Source: Candidatus Aenigmatarchaeota archaeon (GTDB taxonomy: Archaea > Aenigmatarchaeota > Aenigmatarchaeia > CG10238-14 > SCSR01). Taken from it: a DNA stretch of 64,000 bases. The notes beneath the pieces are model-generated. The model had not been told where the DNA came from. It saw nothing but the letters and a program-made list of their open reading frames with translations, and searched no databases. Positions 20,096 through 29,984 of the stretch are shown piece after piece; within the stretch, counting starts at the first letter, position 1; each line of letters begins with the position of its first letter. Position numbers and translations under genes: made by a program. The stretch lies in assembly GCA_039091335.1 (NCBI GenBank), contig JAWCME010000001.1, positions 1 to 64,000 on the forward strand, in the 5' to 3' direction.

Positions 20096-20700
20096 TGATA
20101 GAGAAAATATTTGTAAGGGAGGAAATAAGAAAATGTGAGGTAGAGGAATTTCTTGCTAAAAAATTTGAAAAAGCAGGATATAGTCATACTGAAATAACAC
20201 GTACTCCGCTTGGGATGAGAATAATAGTTTATGCTTATAAGCCTGGTCTTGTTGTTGGAAAATCTGGAAAACGGGTAAAAGAGATAACTGAAGAAATAAG
20301 AGAAAGGTTTGGGTTTGAAAACCCAATGCTTGACGTAAGGGAAGTAGAAGAACCTTTTCTTGATGCTAACATTGTTGCAAAAAGAGTTGCAAGGGCATTA
20401 GAAAGAGGGATAAATTTTAAAAAGGTTGCAAACTACTATGTTGAAAAAGTAATGGAGGCAGGAGCAATAGGAGTGCAAATAAAAATTGGTGGAAAGCTTA
20501 TGGGGGCAGAAAGGTCAAGGTTTCAAAAATTTCAGAAAGGTTTTATAGCACACTCTGGAGATTATGCAGACGTTTTTGTAGAAAAGGGATATGCACAGGC
20601 GTCAATAAAACCCGGAATCATTGGAGTTAAAGTTAAAATAATGAAAAGGGCCCCAAAAGAGCTTGTACTGGAGAAAATTAAGGAGGAAGAAAATATTTAA
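20095..20700 (+). CDS. rps3: 30S ribosomal protein uS3
   Basis: AGYS...TPLG...KPGLVVGKSG...PGIIGVKVKI. Confidence 0.96.
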   Translation: MIEKIFVREEIRKCEVEEFLAKKFEKAGYSHTEITRTPLGMRIIVYAYKPGLVVGKSGKRVKEITEEIRERFGFENPMLDVREVEEPFLDANIVAKRVARALERGINFKKVANYYVEKVMEAGAIGVQIKIGGKLMGAERSRFQKFQKGFIAHSGDYADVFVEKGYAQASIKPGIIGVKVKIMKRAPKELVLEKIKEEENI

Positions 20701-20775
20701 ATATAAAATGAAAATTTAAAAAAGGAGAAGAAATGTATATCTTCCTGAAAAATGTTGCTTCTTGTGAGGATTTAA

Positions 20776-20991
20776 ATGGCCATAATTAGAATGAAAGAGA
20801 TAAGAGAGATGAAGGAAGAAGAATTAAATAAAAGGCTTTCTGAATTAAGGTTAGAACTTATGAAAGAAATGGGAAATGTAAAGATGGGTAGACCAATTAA
20901 AAATCCTGGAAAGATTAGGGAGTTGAAGAGAGCCATTGCTAGAATTTTAACTTTAAAGAGGGAAAGAAGTAAAAATGCAAGAAATATGTAA
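20776..20991 (+). CDS. rpl29: 50S ribosomal protein uL29
   Basis: [17 protein letters not shown]. Confidence 0.95.
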   Translation: MAIIRMKEIREMKEEELNKRLSELRLELMKEMGNVKMGRPIKNPGKIRELKRAIARILTLKRERSKNARNM

Positions 20992-21274
20992 GGTTTGTGG
21001 ATATCCGATTGAATTTTGTGTATGTAGAACAATAGAGAGGGAAGCACAAAAAATAAAAATTTCTGTAGAAGCAAGGAAGTTTGGAAAAAACATAACGGTT
21101 GTTGAGGGAATAACAGAAAATGCAAAGGAAATTGTGTCACAATTAAAACAGATGCTTGCTTGCGGTGGAACTTATAAAAATAACAAAATAGAACTGCAGG
21201 GGGACCATAGAAATAAGATTAAAGAAATATTGATGAAACTGGGATATGGAGAGAATCAAATAGAGGTAATTTAA
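20975..21274 (+). CDS. Translation initiation factor aIF1 (SUI1)
   Basis: [25 protein letters not shown]. Confidence 0.95.
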   Translation: MQEICKVCGYPIEFCVCRTIEREAQKIKISVEARKFGKNITVVEGITENAKEIVSQLKQMLACGGTYKNNKIELQGDHRNKIKEILMKLGYGENQIEVI

Positions 21275-21293
21275 CCATAAAAAAATTATTAGT

Positions 21294-21572
21294 ATGATAA
21301 CCCCAAAAAATTTGGTTAGGCATGAGCTTTGTGGACTTGAAGTTAGAATTAAAAAAAGTACAGACCCCACGCAAAAAGGATTGAAAGGGAGGGTAATAGA
21401 CGAAACTTACAACACATTTAAAATTGAAACTAAAAAAGGAGAAAAGATAGTAGCAAAGAAAAACTGTGTCTTCGTTTTTATTCTTCCTAGTAAAGTTAGG
21501 GTTGAAGTTGAAGGAAAATTGTTAGTAGGAAGGCCAGAAGATAGAATAAAGAAGAAATTTCCTAGATGGTAA
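21294..21572 (+). CDS. rnp1: RNase P protein component 1 (Rpp29)
   Basis: NLVRHEL.GL...GRVIDET.NT...LVGRPEDRIK. Confidence 0.93.
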   Translation: MITPKNLVRHELCGLEVRIKKSTDPTQKGLKGRVIDETYNTFKIETKKGEKIVAKKNCVFVFILPSKVRVEVEGKLLVGRPEDRIKKKFPRW

Positions 21573-21824
21573 CTAAATGACTTCATGAATTGATCTTTTA
21601 TTTATAGTGAAAAAGATTTATTTTCAAATCACTCTATAAACTCCATCACAGTTTTTTCTACGACATTGAAATATCTAAGCCCTACGGATATGATTTAGTT
21701 GTTACTTCCATCATTGATTGTGGAACTATTGACCAAGAAATCAACCCCAAAAATATCTTCTCACAAAAATTTTAAAAATTCTGAAATTTAAAAAGTTTCT
21801 TATACATATTTAAAAAATGAGAAA

Positions 21825-22163
21825 ATGGAGAAGAGAAAAATAAGAGATATTGGTATAGAAGCAAACCCACCAGAAAGAACATGCTCAAACCCAAAATGCT
21901 GTTGGCATGGTTCAGTTAAAATTAGGGGTAAAATTATAGAAGGTGTTGTTGTTTCTTCTAAAGCGCAAAAAACAGCAATAGTTGAAAGGGAATACTTTCA
22001 CTTTATTCCAAAGTACGAAAGATATGAAAGAAGGAGGTCGAGGATACCCGCTTATAATCCTGAATGTATTTCTGCCAAAGAGGGGGATAGAGTTAGGATT
22101 GGTGAATGCAGACCTTTATCAAAAACTAAGAAATTTATAATAATAGAAGTTTTAAGAAAGTGA
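21825..22163 (+). CDS. rps17: 30S ribosomal protein uS17
   Basis: PKYERYERRRSRI, GECRPLSKTK. Confidence 0.96.
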   Translation: MEKRKIRDIGIEANPPERTCSNPKCCWHGSVKIRGKIIEGVVVSSKAQKTAIVEREYFHFIPKYERYERRRSRIPAYNPECISAKEGDRVRIGECRPLSKTKKFIIIEVLRK

Positions 22164-22168
22164 AAAAA

Positions 22169-22567
22169 ATGAAAGCTGTAAAAGCTAGGATAAAGCGTTC
22201 TATTCCTGTTGGAAGTCGTATAATTTGTGCAGATAATACCGGAGCAAAGGTATTACAAATAATTTCTGTGTTTGGATATAGGGGGGTAAGAAGAAGGTAC
22301 CCTTCTGCTGGCGTTGGGGATGTTGTTAAGTGTAGTGTCAAGGAGGGTGTCGTGAAGATGAGGAAGCAGATTGTAAATGCAGTAATAATAAGACAAAAGG
22401 CAGAGTATAGAAGAGCAAATGGAATTAGAATCAAATTTGAAGACAATGCTGGGGTAATAGTAGATGAAAATAATACACCACGTGGTACCCTGATTCGTGG
22501 TCCTGTAGCGAGAGAAGTCGTTGAGAGGTTCCCTACCATAGGAAAAATCGCTAGTGTGGTGGTTTAA
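22169..22567 (+). CDS. rpl14: 50S ribosomal protein uL14
   Basis: CADNTGAK, FEDNA, GPVARE. Confidence 0.97.
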   Translation: MKAVKARIKRSIPVGSRIICADNTGAKVLQIISVFGYRGVRRRYPSAGVGDVVKCSVKEGVVKMRKQIVNAVIIRQKAEYRRANGIRIKFEDNAGVIVDENNTPRGTLIRGPVAREVVERFPTIGKIASVVV

Positions 22568-22942
22568 ATGAAGAGACCAAAATCAAAAAAAGCGAGAAAA
22601 CAAAGAAAGTTTTTATTTAATGCCCCATTGCATGTTAGAAGGAAAATTTTGTCGGCCCATCTTTCTAAGGAGCTAAAAGAAAAATACAAAAGAAGAGCAT
22701 TTCCGATAAGAAGGGGGGATGAAGTAGAGGTTATGAGTGGGGAATTCAAAAAAAGGAAAGGAAAAGTGATAAGGGTTGATTTGAAAAAATACCATGTTTA
22801 TATTGAAGGAATAACAAGAAAAAGAACAGACGGAAGTGAAAGGCTCGTTCCATTTCATCCATCAAAACTGAAAATCACAAGTTTAAACTTAGAAGACAAG
22901 AAAAGGATGAAAATACTTGAGAGAAAGGGCATAAAATTTTAA
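22568..22942 (+). CDS. rpl24: 50S ribosomal protein uL24
   Basis: KQRK...APLH.RRK...GDEVEVM.G.FK...HPSK. Confidence 0.96.
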   Translation: MKRPKSKKARKQRKFLFNAPLHVRRKILSAHLSKELKEKYKRRAFPIRRGDEVEVMSGEFKKRKGKVIRVDLKKYHVYIEGITRKRTDGSERLVPFHPSKLKITSLNLEDKKRMKILERKGIKF

Positions 22943-23000
22943 CTTTTTAATTAACCCTTTTTAAATATTGAAAAATAATTTACAATAAAAAGTTGATGGT

Positions 23001-23699
23001 ATGAAAAAAATGAAGAGGTTGGCTACACCAAAATTTTGGAAAATTCCAAAAAAGGTTGGTAAATGGGTAGTTTCTCCCATTCCTGGCCCGCATAAAAAAG
23101 CTGAATGCATGCCTTTGCTATTGATTGTTAGAGATTTATTAAAACTGTGTGAAACAGGAACTGAGACAAAAAAGATGATAAAGGCTGGCGAGGTTCTGGT
23201 CGACGGCAGAAAAAGAAAAGAACATTCTTTCCCCGTTGGATTGATGGATGTTATTTCCATTCCAAGAATAAGAAAAAACTATAGAGTTATACCTAGCAAG
23301 AAAGGCTTAGAAATTGTTGAAATAAGCGAAGAAGAGGCAAACAAAAAAATATGTAAGATAAAGAATAAGACCATTCTAAAGGGAGGTAAAATACAGCTAA
23401 ACTTACATGACGGAAGAAACTTAATCGTGGATAAAGATTTTTATAAAACCGGAGATTCTCTATTAATAGAACTTCCGAGCCAAAAAATTTTAGACCATAT
23501 AAAGCTTGATAAAGGAAATTTATGCTTGATAATAAGTGGAAAAAACTCTGGAAAAATAGGAAAAATAGAAGAGGTTGTGAAAAGAAAGAGTATGAAAGAA
23601 ACAACAAAAGTTATTTGTAATGTTGATGAAGAAAAAATTGAGGTAACAAAAGATTTCTTAATACCAATAGGAAAGGACAGTCCGTACCTGAGGTGGTAG
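23001..23699 (+). CDS. rps4e: 30S ribosomal protein S4e
   Basis: KRLATP..W...PGPH, FPVGLMDV, QLNLHDGRN. Confidence 0.96.
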   Translation: MKKMKRLATPKFWKIPKKVGKWVVSPIPGPHKKAECMPLLLIVRDLLKLCETGTETKKMIKAGEVLVDGRKRKEHSFPVGLMDVISIPRIRKNYRVIPSKKGLEIVEISEEEANKKICKIKNKTILKGGKIQLNLHDGRNLIVDKDFYKTGDSLLIELPSQKILDHIKLDKGNLCLIISGKNSGKIGKIEEVVKRKSMKETTKVICNVDEEKIEVTKDFLIPIGKDSPYLRW

Positions 23700-24205
23700 A
23701 AATAGAAAATGTGATGAAAAGAATAAGGATTGAGAAGGTTGTACTAAACATTGGTTGTGGTGGAGATCCGAACAAGATTGAAAGGGCAACAAAACTTTTG
23801 GAGTATTTGACCGGAAGAAAGGTATTCATAACAAAATCCAAGAGAAGAAGCACGTTTGGGATTGCAAGGGGAAAGCCTGTAGGAGTAATGGTCACTTTAA
23901 GAAAGGGAGAGGCCTTTAATTTTTTGAAGAATGCTTTAAAGGCAGTTGACAACAAGCTAAATAAATCACAATTTAACGACGGTAATTTTAGCTTTGGTAT
24001 AAAAGAATACATAAACATTCCAAACATTAAGTATAGGCATGATATAGGAATGCTTGGGTTGGATGTATGCGTATCTCTTGAAAGGCCTGGGTTTAGAGTA
24101 GAAAGAAGGAAGATAGAAAGAAGGAAGATAGAAAGAAGACATAGAATTAGCAAAGAAGAGACAATTAACTGGGTAAAAAACGAGTTTGGAGTTGAAGTTG
24201 TTTGA
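23693..24205 (+). CDS. rpl5: 50S ribosomal protein uL5
   Basis: IEKVVLNIG, TFGI, VTLR, GNFSFGI, GLDVCV.LERPG. Confidence 0.96.
   Translation: MVEIENVMKRIRIEKVVLNIGCGGDPNKIERATKLLEYLTGRKVFITKSKRRSTFGIARGKPVGVMVTLRKGEAFNFLKNALKAVDNKLNKSQFNDGNFSFGIKEYINIPNIKYRHDIGMLGLDVCVSLERPGFRVERRKIERRKIERRHRISKEETINWVKNEFGVEVV
24099..24138 (+). repeat. Perfect 15-bp tandem repeat (about 2.7 copies) inside rpl5
   Basis: TAGAAAGAAGGAAGA x2 + TAGAAAGAAG, encoding ERRKI-ERRKI-ERR. Confidence 0.9.
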
Positions 24206-24214
24206 GGTGGTAGC

Positions 24215-24361
24215 TTGGCTGTAAGGAAGCTTGGAAAAGGAAGGATTGTTTGTAGAAGATGTGGAAGAACTGGTGGGGTAATTAGAAAGTATGGGCTATA
24301 TTTCTGCCGGCAATGTATGAGAGAGATAGCTAGAAAGATGGGTTTTAAGAAATATTCTTAA
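24215..24361 (+). CDS. rps14: 30S ribosomal protein uS14 (zinc type), not in ORF track
   Basis: TTG start after GAGGTGG; CRRCG...[23 protein letters not shown]. Confidence 0.95.
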   Translation: MAVRKLGKGRIVCRRCGRTGGVIRKYGLYFCRQCMREIARKMGFKKYS

Positions 24362-24385
24362 AACAAAAATTATAAAATTTATTTT

Positions 24386-25249
24386 ATGTTTGAGATTATT
24401 TCTATAATTACAGCCTTTGTGGGTTCTGGTATAGCATCTATATTTGATTTGAAAACCACTGAAATACCAGACAAAATTCCTTATGCAATGATTTTAATCG
24501 CCCTAATATTACACGGAATTCAATCAATAATTCAATGGAACTATAAACCATTTTTAAATAGTCTTATTTCTGGCATTTCATTGCTTGCTTTCGGGTTTGT
24601 TATGTATCGTTTTGGGCAGTGGGGAGGAGGTGACGCAAAAATTTTATCGGCAATTGGCTTCTTGATTCCAGAACCCCCCAGTGGGTTTTCTTCACTTCTT
24701 CTTCCATTTCCTGCAAGCTATCTAATAAACGTGTTTTTGGTGGGGTCAATTTACATGCTATTCTATGCATTTGTGTTTTCTCTAATAAACAGAAGAATAT
24801 TTTATAAATTTGTTGAAGACATAAAGGCGAGTAGGGAAGTGCTATCAATCGGATCTTTTGCTCTTCTTTTTTCCTTCCTTTTCATAAACTTTTTACTGTC
24901 GACATTTTTTAACTTGAGCTTTGATTTTATATTTTTTTTGAAGAGTTCTTTTTTGCTATTATTTCTGACTTTATTCCTTTTTACAATATGGAGATTTACA
25001 AAGGCTGTAGAAGATTTTGGTTTTAAAAAAAGGATACATGTATCAAAGCTTAAGGTTGGGGATGTGTTACTGAAATCTAAACTTTGGGAAGGAATAACAG
25101 AAAAGGAATTGAAAAAAATTAGAAGATCTGGAAAAAAATTCATTTATATAAAGGAAGGTGTTCGATTTGCACCCTCTTTTCCATTAGCATTGTTTTTCAC
25201 TCTTTTTTTTGGTGACGTCCTGCTTGTTTTTATGAAAATTTTAATGTAA
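24386..25249 (+). CDS. A24 family prepilin/prearchaellin peptidase
   Basis: SIFDLKT.EIPD, WGGGDAK (GxxD), EGVRFAP. Confidence 0.88.
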   Translation: MFEIISIITAFVGSGIASIFDLKTTEIPDKIPYAMILIALILHGIQSIIQWNYKPFLNSLISGISLLAFGFVMYRFGQWGGGDAKILSAIGFLIPEPPSGFSSLLLPFPASYLINVFLVGSIYMLFYAFVFSLINRRIFYKFVEDIKASREVLSIGSFALLFSFLFINFLLSTFFNLSFDFIFFLKSSFLLLFLTLFLFTIWRFTKAVEDFGFKKRIHVSKLKVGDVLLKSKLWEGITEKELKKIRRSGKKFIYIKEGVRFAPSFPLALFFTLFFGDVLLVFMKILM

Positions 25250-25267
25250 AAAAACAAATAATTAATT

Positions 25268-25897
25268 ATGCTAAATGGTTTTTTCAATTGGATACTGAAT
25301 CTTTTTGGTATAAGAAGGGAGATAAGACTTGGAATCTATGGTGCTACAAATGTCGGAAAAACAACCTTAGCAAATAGGATTTCTATGGATTGGACCGGAG
25401 AGCCTGTTGGAAAAACATCTGTAATCCCCCATGAAACAAGATTTGTCCAAAAAAAGGAAAAAATAGAAATAAAGGTTGATGGAAAGAAGATGATGATAAA
25501 CCTCCTTGATATGCCTGGAATTGCAACAAAGGTTGACTATAGAACCTTTTTAAAATATGGTATATCTAAAAGAGCAGCAAAGATTAGAGCAAAAGAGGCT
25601 ACTGATGGTATAATAGAAGCAATAAAATGGCTTGGAAATGTTGATACAGTGTTGGCTGTAATGGACGCCACGCAAGACCCATTAACTCAAGTTAACATAA
25701 CATTGTTAGGAAATTTGGAAGCAAGAAAAATACCTGTTATAATTGTTGCAAACAAAATAGATAAAAAGAACGCAAAACCCCAGGCAATTAGAGAGGCATT
25801 TCCTCAATATCCTGTTGTTGAAATTTCTGCATTAAAGGGAATTAACATGAATGATTTGTATCATACAATAGCAAAATATTCTAGGAGGAGAAGATGA
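25268..25897 (+). CDS. oapA: Era-like GTPase (OapA)
   Basis: GATNVGKTT, PHETR, DMPG, NKID. Confidence 0.88.
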   Translation: MLNGFFNWILNLFGIRREIRLGIYGATNVGKTTLANRISMDWTGEPVGKTSVIPHETRFVQKKEKIEIKVDGKKMMINLLDMPGIATKVDYRTFLKYGISKRAAKIRAKEATDGIIEAIKWLGNVDTVLAVMDATQDPLTQVNITLLGNLEARKIPVIIVANKIDKKNAKPQAIREAFPQYPVVEISALKGINMNDLYHTIAKYSRRRR

Positions 25898-26313
25898 AAT
25901 TAAAGAAATTAAGATTGGATTTTGTTTCTTCCTCGGTACTTGAAGGAAAAACAAAGGAGAAGAGGATAAACTTCATCTTAAACAAAGTCAAAGACGGCTC
26001 TGTGCTTGTAACAGATGCCGTTCTACACCCAGAAGAGGAAATGGACCTTATAAAAGAAACTATGAGACGTGTTGACGACGGTTTTCCTGGTATAGAAGTA
26101 TGTAGTCTGAAGAAGGAGAGAAGAGGAATTCAGTTTTTGATTGAAAACATTAATGAACAAAGGTATAAACTAATAAGATTTATAGAAAATTTAACTGGAA
26201 AGAAAAATTGGAAGCCAAACCTTAAAACAGGAATAACATTGATAGGTCCTGCAAAAATAATAAAGAGAATAAAGAAAAATCCGGATTCGTTTTCTGTTTT
26301 GGCAGAGGTATAA
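25894..26313 (+). CDS. oapB: DUF2073 family protein (OapB)
   Basis: LIKETM...FPGIE...GITLIGPA; directly follows the GTPase. Confidence 0.82.
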   Translation: MKLKKLRLDFVSSSVLEGKTKEKRINFILNKVKDGSVLVTDAVLHPEEEMDLIKETMRRVDDGFPGIEVCSLKKERRGIQFLIENINEQRYKLIRFIENLTGKKNWKPNLKTGITLIGPAKIIKRIKKNPDSFSVLAEV

Positions 26314-26315
26314 TT

Positions 26316-26735
26316 ATGCATAAATGTGTAAGATGTGGAAGCATTTATCAAGATAACGATGCTTCTATTTTAAACGGTTGTAACTGTGGCTCAATTTTCT
26401 TTCTTTACATAAAGACAGAAGGAGAAGAAATGGCGGTTGAGCAGTTGAAAAGGGAGTTGGAAGAAAGGAATACTACACTAGAAAACGAGATAAACAAAAA
26501 AATTGAGGAAAAAATATCCCAGAGAAAAATAGAAAGAGATAAAATTGTTAAGAAAAGAAGTAAGTTTAGAAGAAGTGTGTTTGGTATAGAGACTGTTAGG
26601 ATAAAAAAAGACGGTGTTTATGAAATAAACATAGATGCTTTGATGAAGAAAATGCCACTTATTGTACTTGAAAAAGGAAGAGTTTACTTAATTCATCTTC
26701 CCTCTGTTTTTGAGGCTGAGGAGCGAGAATCATAA
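26316..26735 (+). CDS. oapC: Zn-ribbon protein DUF2072 (OapC)
   Basis: HKCVRCG...ILNGCNCG..FF...IETVRI...GVYEINI. Confidence 0.82.
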   Translation: MHKCVRCGSIYQDNDASILNGCNCGSIFFLYIKTEGEEMAVEQLKRELEERNTTLENEINKKIEEKISQRKIERDKIVKKRSKFRRSVFGIETVRIKKDGVYEINIDALMKKMPLIVLEKGRVYLIHLPSVFEAEERES

Positions 26736-27107
26736 AATTCCTAGTTCTTTATCTTTTTTTACTATTTCTTTAATTTCTGGCCTCATCTCCAAAAGTGATT
26801 CAAAAAGTTCATTTTTATACTCCTTGCTTATTATTCCCTCCTCTTCTATTGTTTTCAGAAAAATGAAAGTATCAATGTTTACATTAATTCTTCTATCCTT
26901 TACAATGCATTTCTCTGAAAAAATTTTAAACCTTCTTCTACATGCTTCTGCAAGCGTACTTGCATTTATGTTATAAATTTCAGCAACAACTATTTGCTCC
27001 GGAAATACTATGTTCTGCTTTCTAGCAACCTCTTCCTTCATTTTTTTAATCATTTCCTCTATTGAACTAAAAACACACTCTTTTCTTCCACAAGGAAAAT
27101 CATTCAT
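26730..27107 (-). CDS. Hypothetical protein
   Basis: 125-aa ORF downstream of serS with GAGG upstream. Confidence 0.55.
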   Translation of the reverse strand: MNDFPCGRKECVFSSIEEMIKKMKEEVARKQNIVFPEQIVVAEIYNINASTLAEACRRRFKIFSEKCIVKDRRINVNIDTFIFLKTIEEEGIISKEYKNELFESLLEMRPEIKEIVKKDKELGIL

Positions 27108-27123
27108 TTAAATCCTCAGCAAA

Positions 27124-28641
27124 CTATTGAAATAAAAATCCGCTCGGAATTTTTTTAATTGCTTTTTTAAATTCTTTAGGCCATTTTTCAAATTCTAAAC
27201 CCTTTTGTGCCAGAAAAACAGCCATCCATCTTTCCAAACCAACTCCAGAACACCCTGTCCAAACTTCATTCCCTTTATCTGTTTTAAAATTCCACGCATC
27301 ACTAAATTTTGTACCTGCTACGGTAACGTTTTGAAACTCAAGCCACTCGCTTTTTTCTCTTGTTCCTCTCCATGGAAGCCATCCCTCAAAATCTATTGTG
27401 CCTTTTTCCTTTTCTATTTCCCCAACCTCACCGGCCTGAACCATATACCATGGGGTTATCCATACCATCCTCCATTCTATTTCCAAAATTTTGTTGAATA
27501 TTTGTTTAAACTTCTCTATGATTTGTTCCTTGATTTCTATTGCCTGCTCTTTTTTGCCCATCCATATAATTTCTATTCTATGGAACTCGCAGTCTCTCTC
27601 TATTCCATGCAACCCCCCACCTTCCCATCTGTATGATACTCCGGAATTGTCCCAAACCTTTATAGGTAGTCCCTTTTCTGGTATGGCCTTCTTTTCAAAA
27701 TACCAATAGAATGGTGGGCATTGAGAAAAACAAATTCCAAGGGTTGGAAATGTAATTTTTTCCCTTAACATTTCATAAGGTATTTTGTTGGTAACTTTAA
27801 CATAATCTGAAAAATCTTCCCAGTACTGTGGATCCATTTTTTCTGGTCTACTGACATAGAACATTGAGTTTGAAGATCCAGGAATGTGTCCTGTTCTTAA
27901 CCAAACCTCTAATGGAGTTGTTTTAGGAAGTATTACCTCTTCAAAACCAAGTGGTTTAATTACTTCTCTTTTTACAATTTGTTCCATGACCCTCATTATT
28001 TTTGTTGTTATTGGGGTATGAAGCCAAACACCAGTACTAAATCTTTTTATCCACCCAAGCCTTTCCATTTCTTCTGACGGATCCTTATCCCAAACTGGCT
28101 TTCTTTTTGGGCTTTGCCATATAAGTTCCCAGTGTTCTGATTTACCACCATAAAACTGAAGGTTTATCTTCTCTTCAACTCTACTCAAAATTCTCTCCAC
28201 ATATCTGTCCTCTATTGCTGTTGAATCAAGATTTTGAAGTCTAATTATCAATTCTTCTCCTTTCTTGAGAGAGTCTTTAAACCATGGAACCATTACTCTT
28301 ATATCCTTTTTTGGCATTCTTGCTGGAACATAGGAAATTTCATATTCTTTAATAATCATATTCCTTATTCCAACCTGCTTTTCTCCAAGCCTCTCTGCGA
28401 GGAAATTTCTAAGTCTTAACATTGCATCATGTGGCCTGAGATATCTTGTTCCTTCTATTGTTAAAAAAAGTTTTGTTCCCTCTATAGACCAGTGTACTAT
28501 CCTTGAACCTTCTTGGTCCTTTGGCACGCCTTTCCTGAAAAGTTCTGTGTTTATTTCTTTTGCAATTATGTTTGGGAGTTGTGATTCTAAGAAATCTATT
28601 GGCCTAGAAAATTCAAATACCCCTATTAGTTTAAAGTTCAT
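27124..28641 (-). CDS. serS: Seryl-tRNA synthetase, methanogen type (SerRS2)
   Basis: N-terminal RYLRPHDAMLRL, SQCPPFY, SYRWEGGGLHGIER..EFHRIE, WTGCSGVGLERW. Confidence 0.9.
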   Translation of the reverse strand: MNFKLIGVFEFSRPIDFLESQLPNIIAKEINTELFRKGVPKDQEGSRIVHWSIEGTKLFLTIEGTRYLRPHDAMLRLRNFLAERLGEKQVGIRNMIIKEYEISYVPARMPKKDIRVMVPWFKDSLKKGEELIIRLQNLDSTAIEDRYVERILSRVEEKINLQFYGGKSEHWELIWQSPKRKPVWDKDPSEEMERLGWIKRFSTGVWLHTPITTKIMRVMEQIVKREVIKPLGFEEVILPKTTPLEVWLRTGHIPGSSNSMFYVSRPEKMDPQYWEDFSDYVKVTNKIPYEMLREKITFPTLGICFSQCPPFYWYFEKKAIPEKGLPIKVWDNSGVSYRWEGGGLHGIERDCEFHRIEIIWMGKKEQAIEIKEQIIEKFKQIFNKILEIEWRMVWITPWYMVQAGEVGEIEKEKGTIDFEGWLPWRGTREKSEWLEFQNVTVAGTKFSDAWNFKTDKGNEVWTGCSGVGLERWMAVFLAQKGLEFEKWPKEFKKAIKKIPSGFLFQ

Positions 28642-28699
28642 TCTCTCACATTTTTATTGTTAATTGAAGAATTTAATTCTTTTTTTTTAAATATTTTCT

Positions 28700-29983
28700 A
28701 TGGAAACAAAATTGAAAAGGGAGCTAGAATTTTTAGAAGTAACTCTATGCGGTATTGGAATAATTCTTGGCGCAGGAATTTATGTATTAATTGGAAAGGT
28801 TATTGGTGTTGCTGGAAATGCAGCGTGGCTCTCTTTCTTTATTTCTGCTTTAATGGCCTCGCTCACTGGATTGAGTTATGCTGAACTCTCCTCAATGTTT
28901 CCAAAGGCTGGAGCAGAATATGTATATACAAAAAAGGCTTTTGGTCAAACCCTTGCATTTCTGATAGGATGGTTAATTTTATTGAGCGGAATAGTTGGCG
29001 GTGCAACTGTAGCAATGGGTTTTTCAGAATATTTTACGAGTATAATAAAATTACCAAAAATTTTGCTTTCCATTCTTGTCGTTTATTTTCTGTCTTTTAT
29101 AATTTTTTCTGGAATAAAAGAAAGCGCAAAATTTATGGTGCTTTCAACGATTTTAGAGGTTTTTGGGTTACTATTAATAATCTTTATTGGCCTACCTTTT
29201 TTTGGGTCAGTAAACTATTTTGAGTTTAACCCAGAATTTGGAATAAGCGGTATATTCTCAGGAGCAGCCCTTATATTTTTTGCATACCTTGGTTTTGAGG
29301 AAATAGTAAAACTTTCAGAGGAGACAAAAAGGGCAGAAACAATCATACCAAAGGCGTTGCTCTTCTCAATAGCAATAACAACACTGATTTATATATTGGT
29401 TGCAATTTCTGTTGTTAGCATACCCGGAATAAAATGGGATGAATTAAATAAAGCCGAAGCACCTTTAAGTCTTGCTGCTTCAAAAATATTCGGAAAAAAC
29501 GGGTTTTTGGTTGTTTGGTTTATTTCGCTTTTTTCAACGGCAAATACTTGTCTTTTCATACTTTTAGCTGCTTCACGCATTATGTATGGAATGGCAACTG
29601 AAAATACTCTACCAAAAATTTTTTCAAAGGTTCACAAAAAGAGAAAAACTCCTTATTTAGCAATACTATTTGTTGCTGTTTTATCTTCTCTCTTTACTTT
29701 GAGCGAAAATATAAAGCTTGTTGCAGGCATGACAAACTTAAGTGTATTCTTAAGTTTTTTTGTGATAAACTCTTCGCTCATCTGGCTAAGAATAAAAAGA
29801 CCTGAGATAAAAAGAAAATTTAAAATTCCGTTCAACATAGGAAGAATACCTGTTTTAACTGTTTTTTCTCTTCTGTTTTGTTCGTTCATGATATTTCAGT
29901 TAGAATTCAGCACAATTCTTTTAACGCTAGCTGTAGCATTTCCTGGTCTTTTTTACAGTTTTTTGAGGAAAAAATTCAAATGA
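28700..29983 (+). CDS. APC-family amino acid permease
   Basis: GIILGAGIY, SYAELSSMFPKAGAEY, FFAYLGFE; about 12 TM. Confidence 0.92.
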   Translation: METKLKRELEFLEVTLCGIGIILGAGIYVLIGKVIGVAGNAAWLSFFISALMASLTGLSYAELSSMFPKAGAEYVYTKKAFGQTLAFLIGWLILLSGIVGGATVAMGFSEYFTSIIKLPKILLSILVVYFLSFIIFSGIKESAKFMVLSTILEVFGLLLIIFIGLPFFGSVNYFEFNPEFGISGIFSGAALIFFAYLGFEEIVKLSEETKRAETIIPKALLFSIAITTLIYILVAISVVSIPGIKWDELNKAEAPLSLAASKIFGKNGFLVVWFISLFSTANTCLFILLAASRIMYGMATENTLPKIFSKVHKKRKTPYLAILFVAVLSSLFTLSENIKLVAGMTNLSVFLSFFVINSSLIWLRIKRPEIKRKFKIPFNIGRIPVLTVFSLLFCSFMIFQLEFSTILLTLAVAFPGLFYSFLRKKFK

Positions 29984-29984
29984 A

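Noticed and set aside
21573..21824. Gene or ncRNA in the rnp1-rps17 spacer
   Set aside because: The frames I read contain multiple stops and I found no convincing BHB or RNA structure; at most a decayed remnant
25268..26735. Replication origin next to oapABC
   Set aside because: No sizeable intergenic region, ORB-like repeats or cdc6/orc1 nearby
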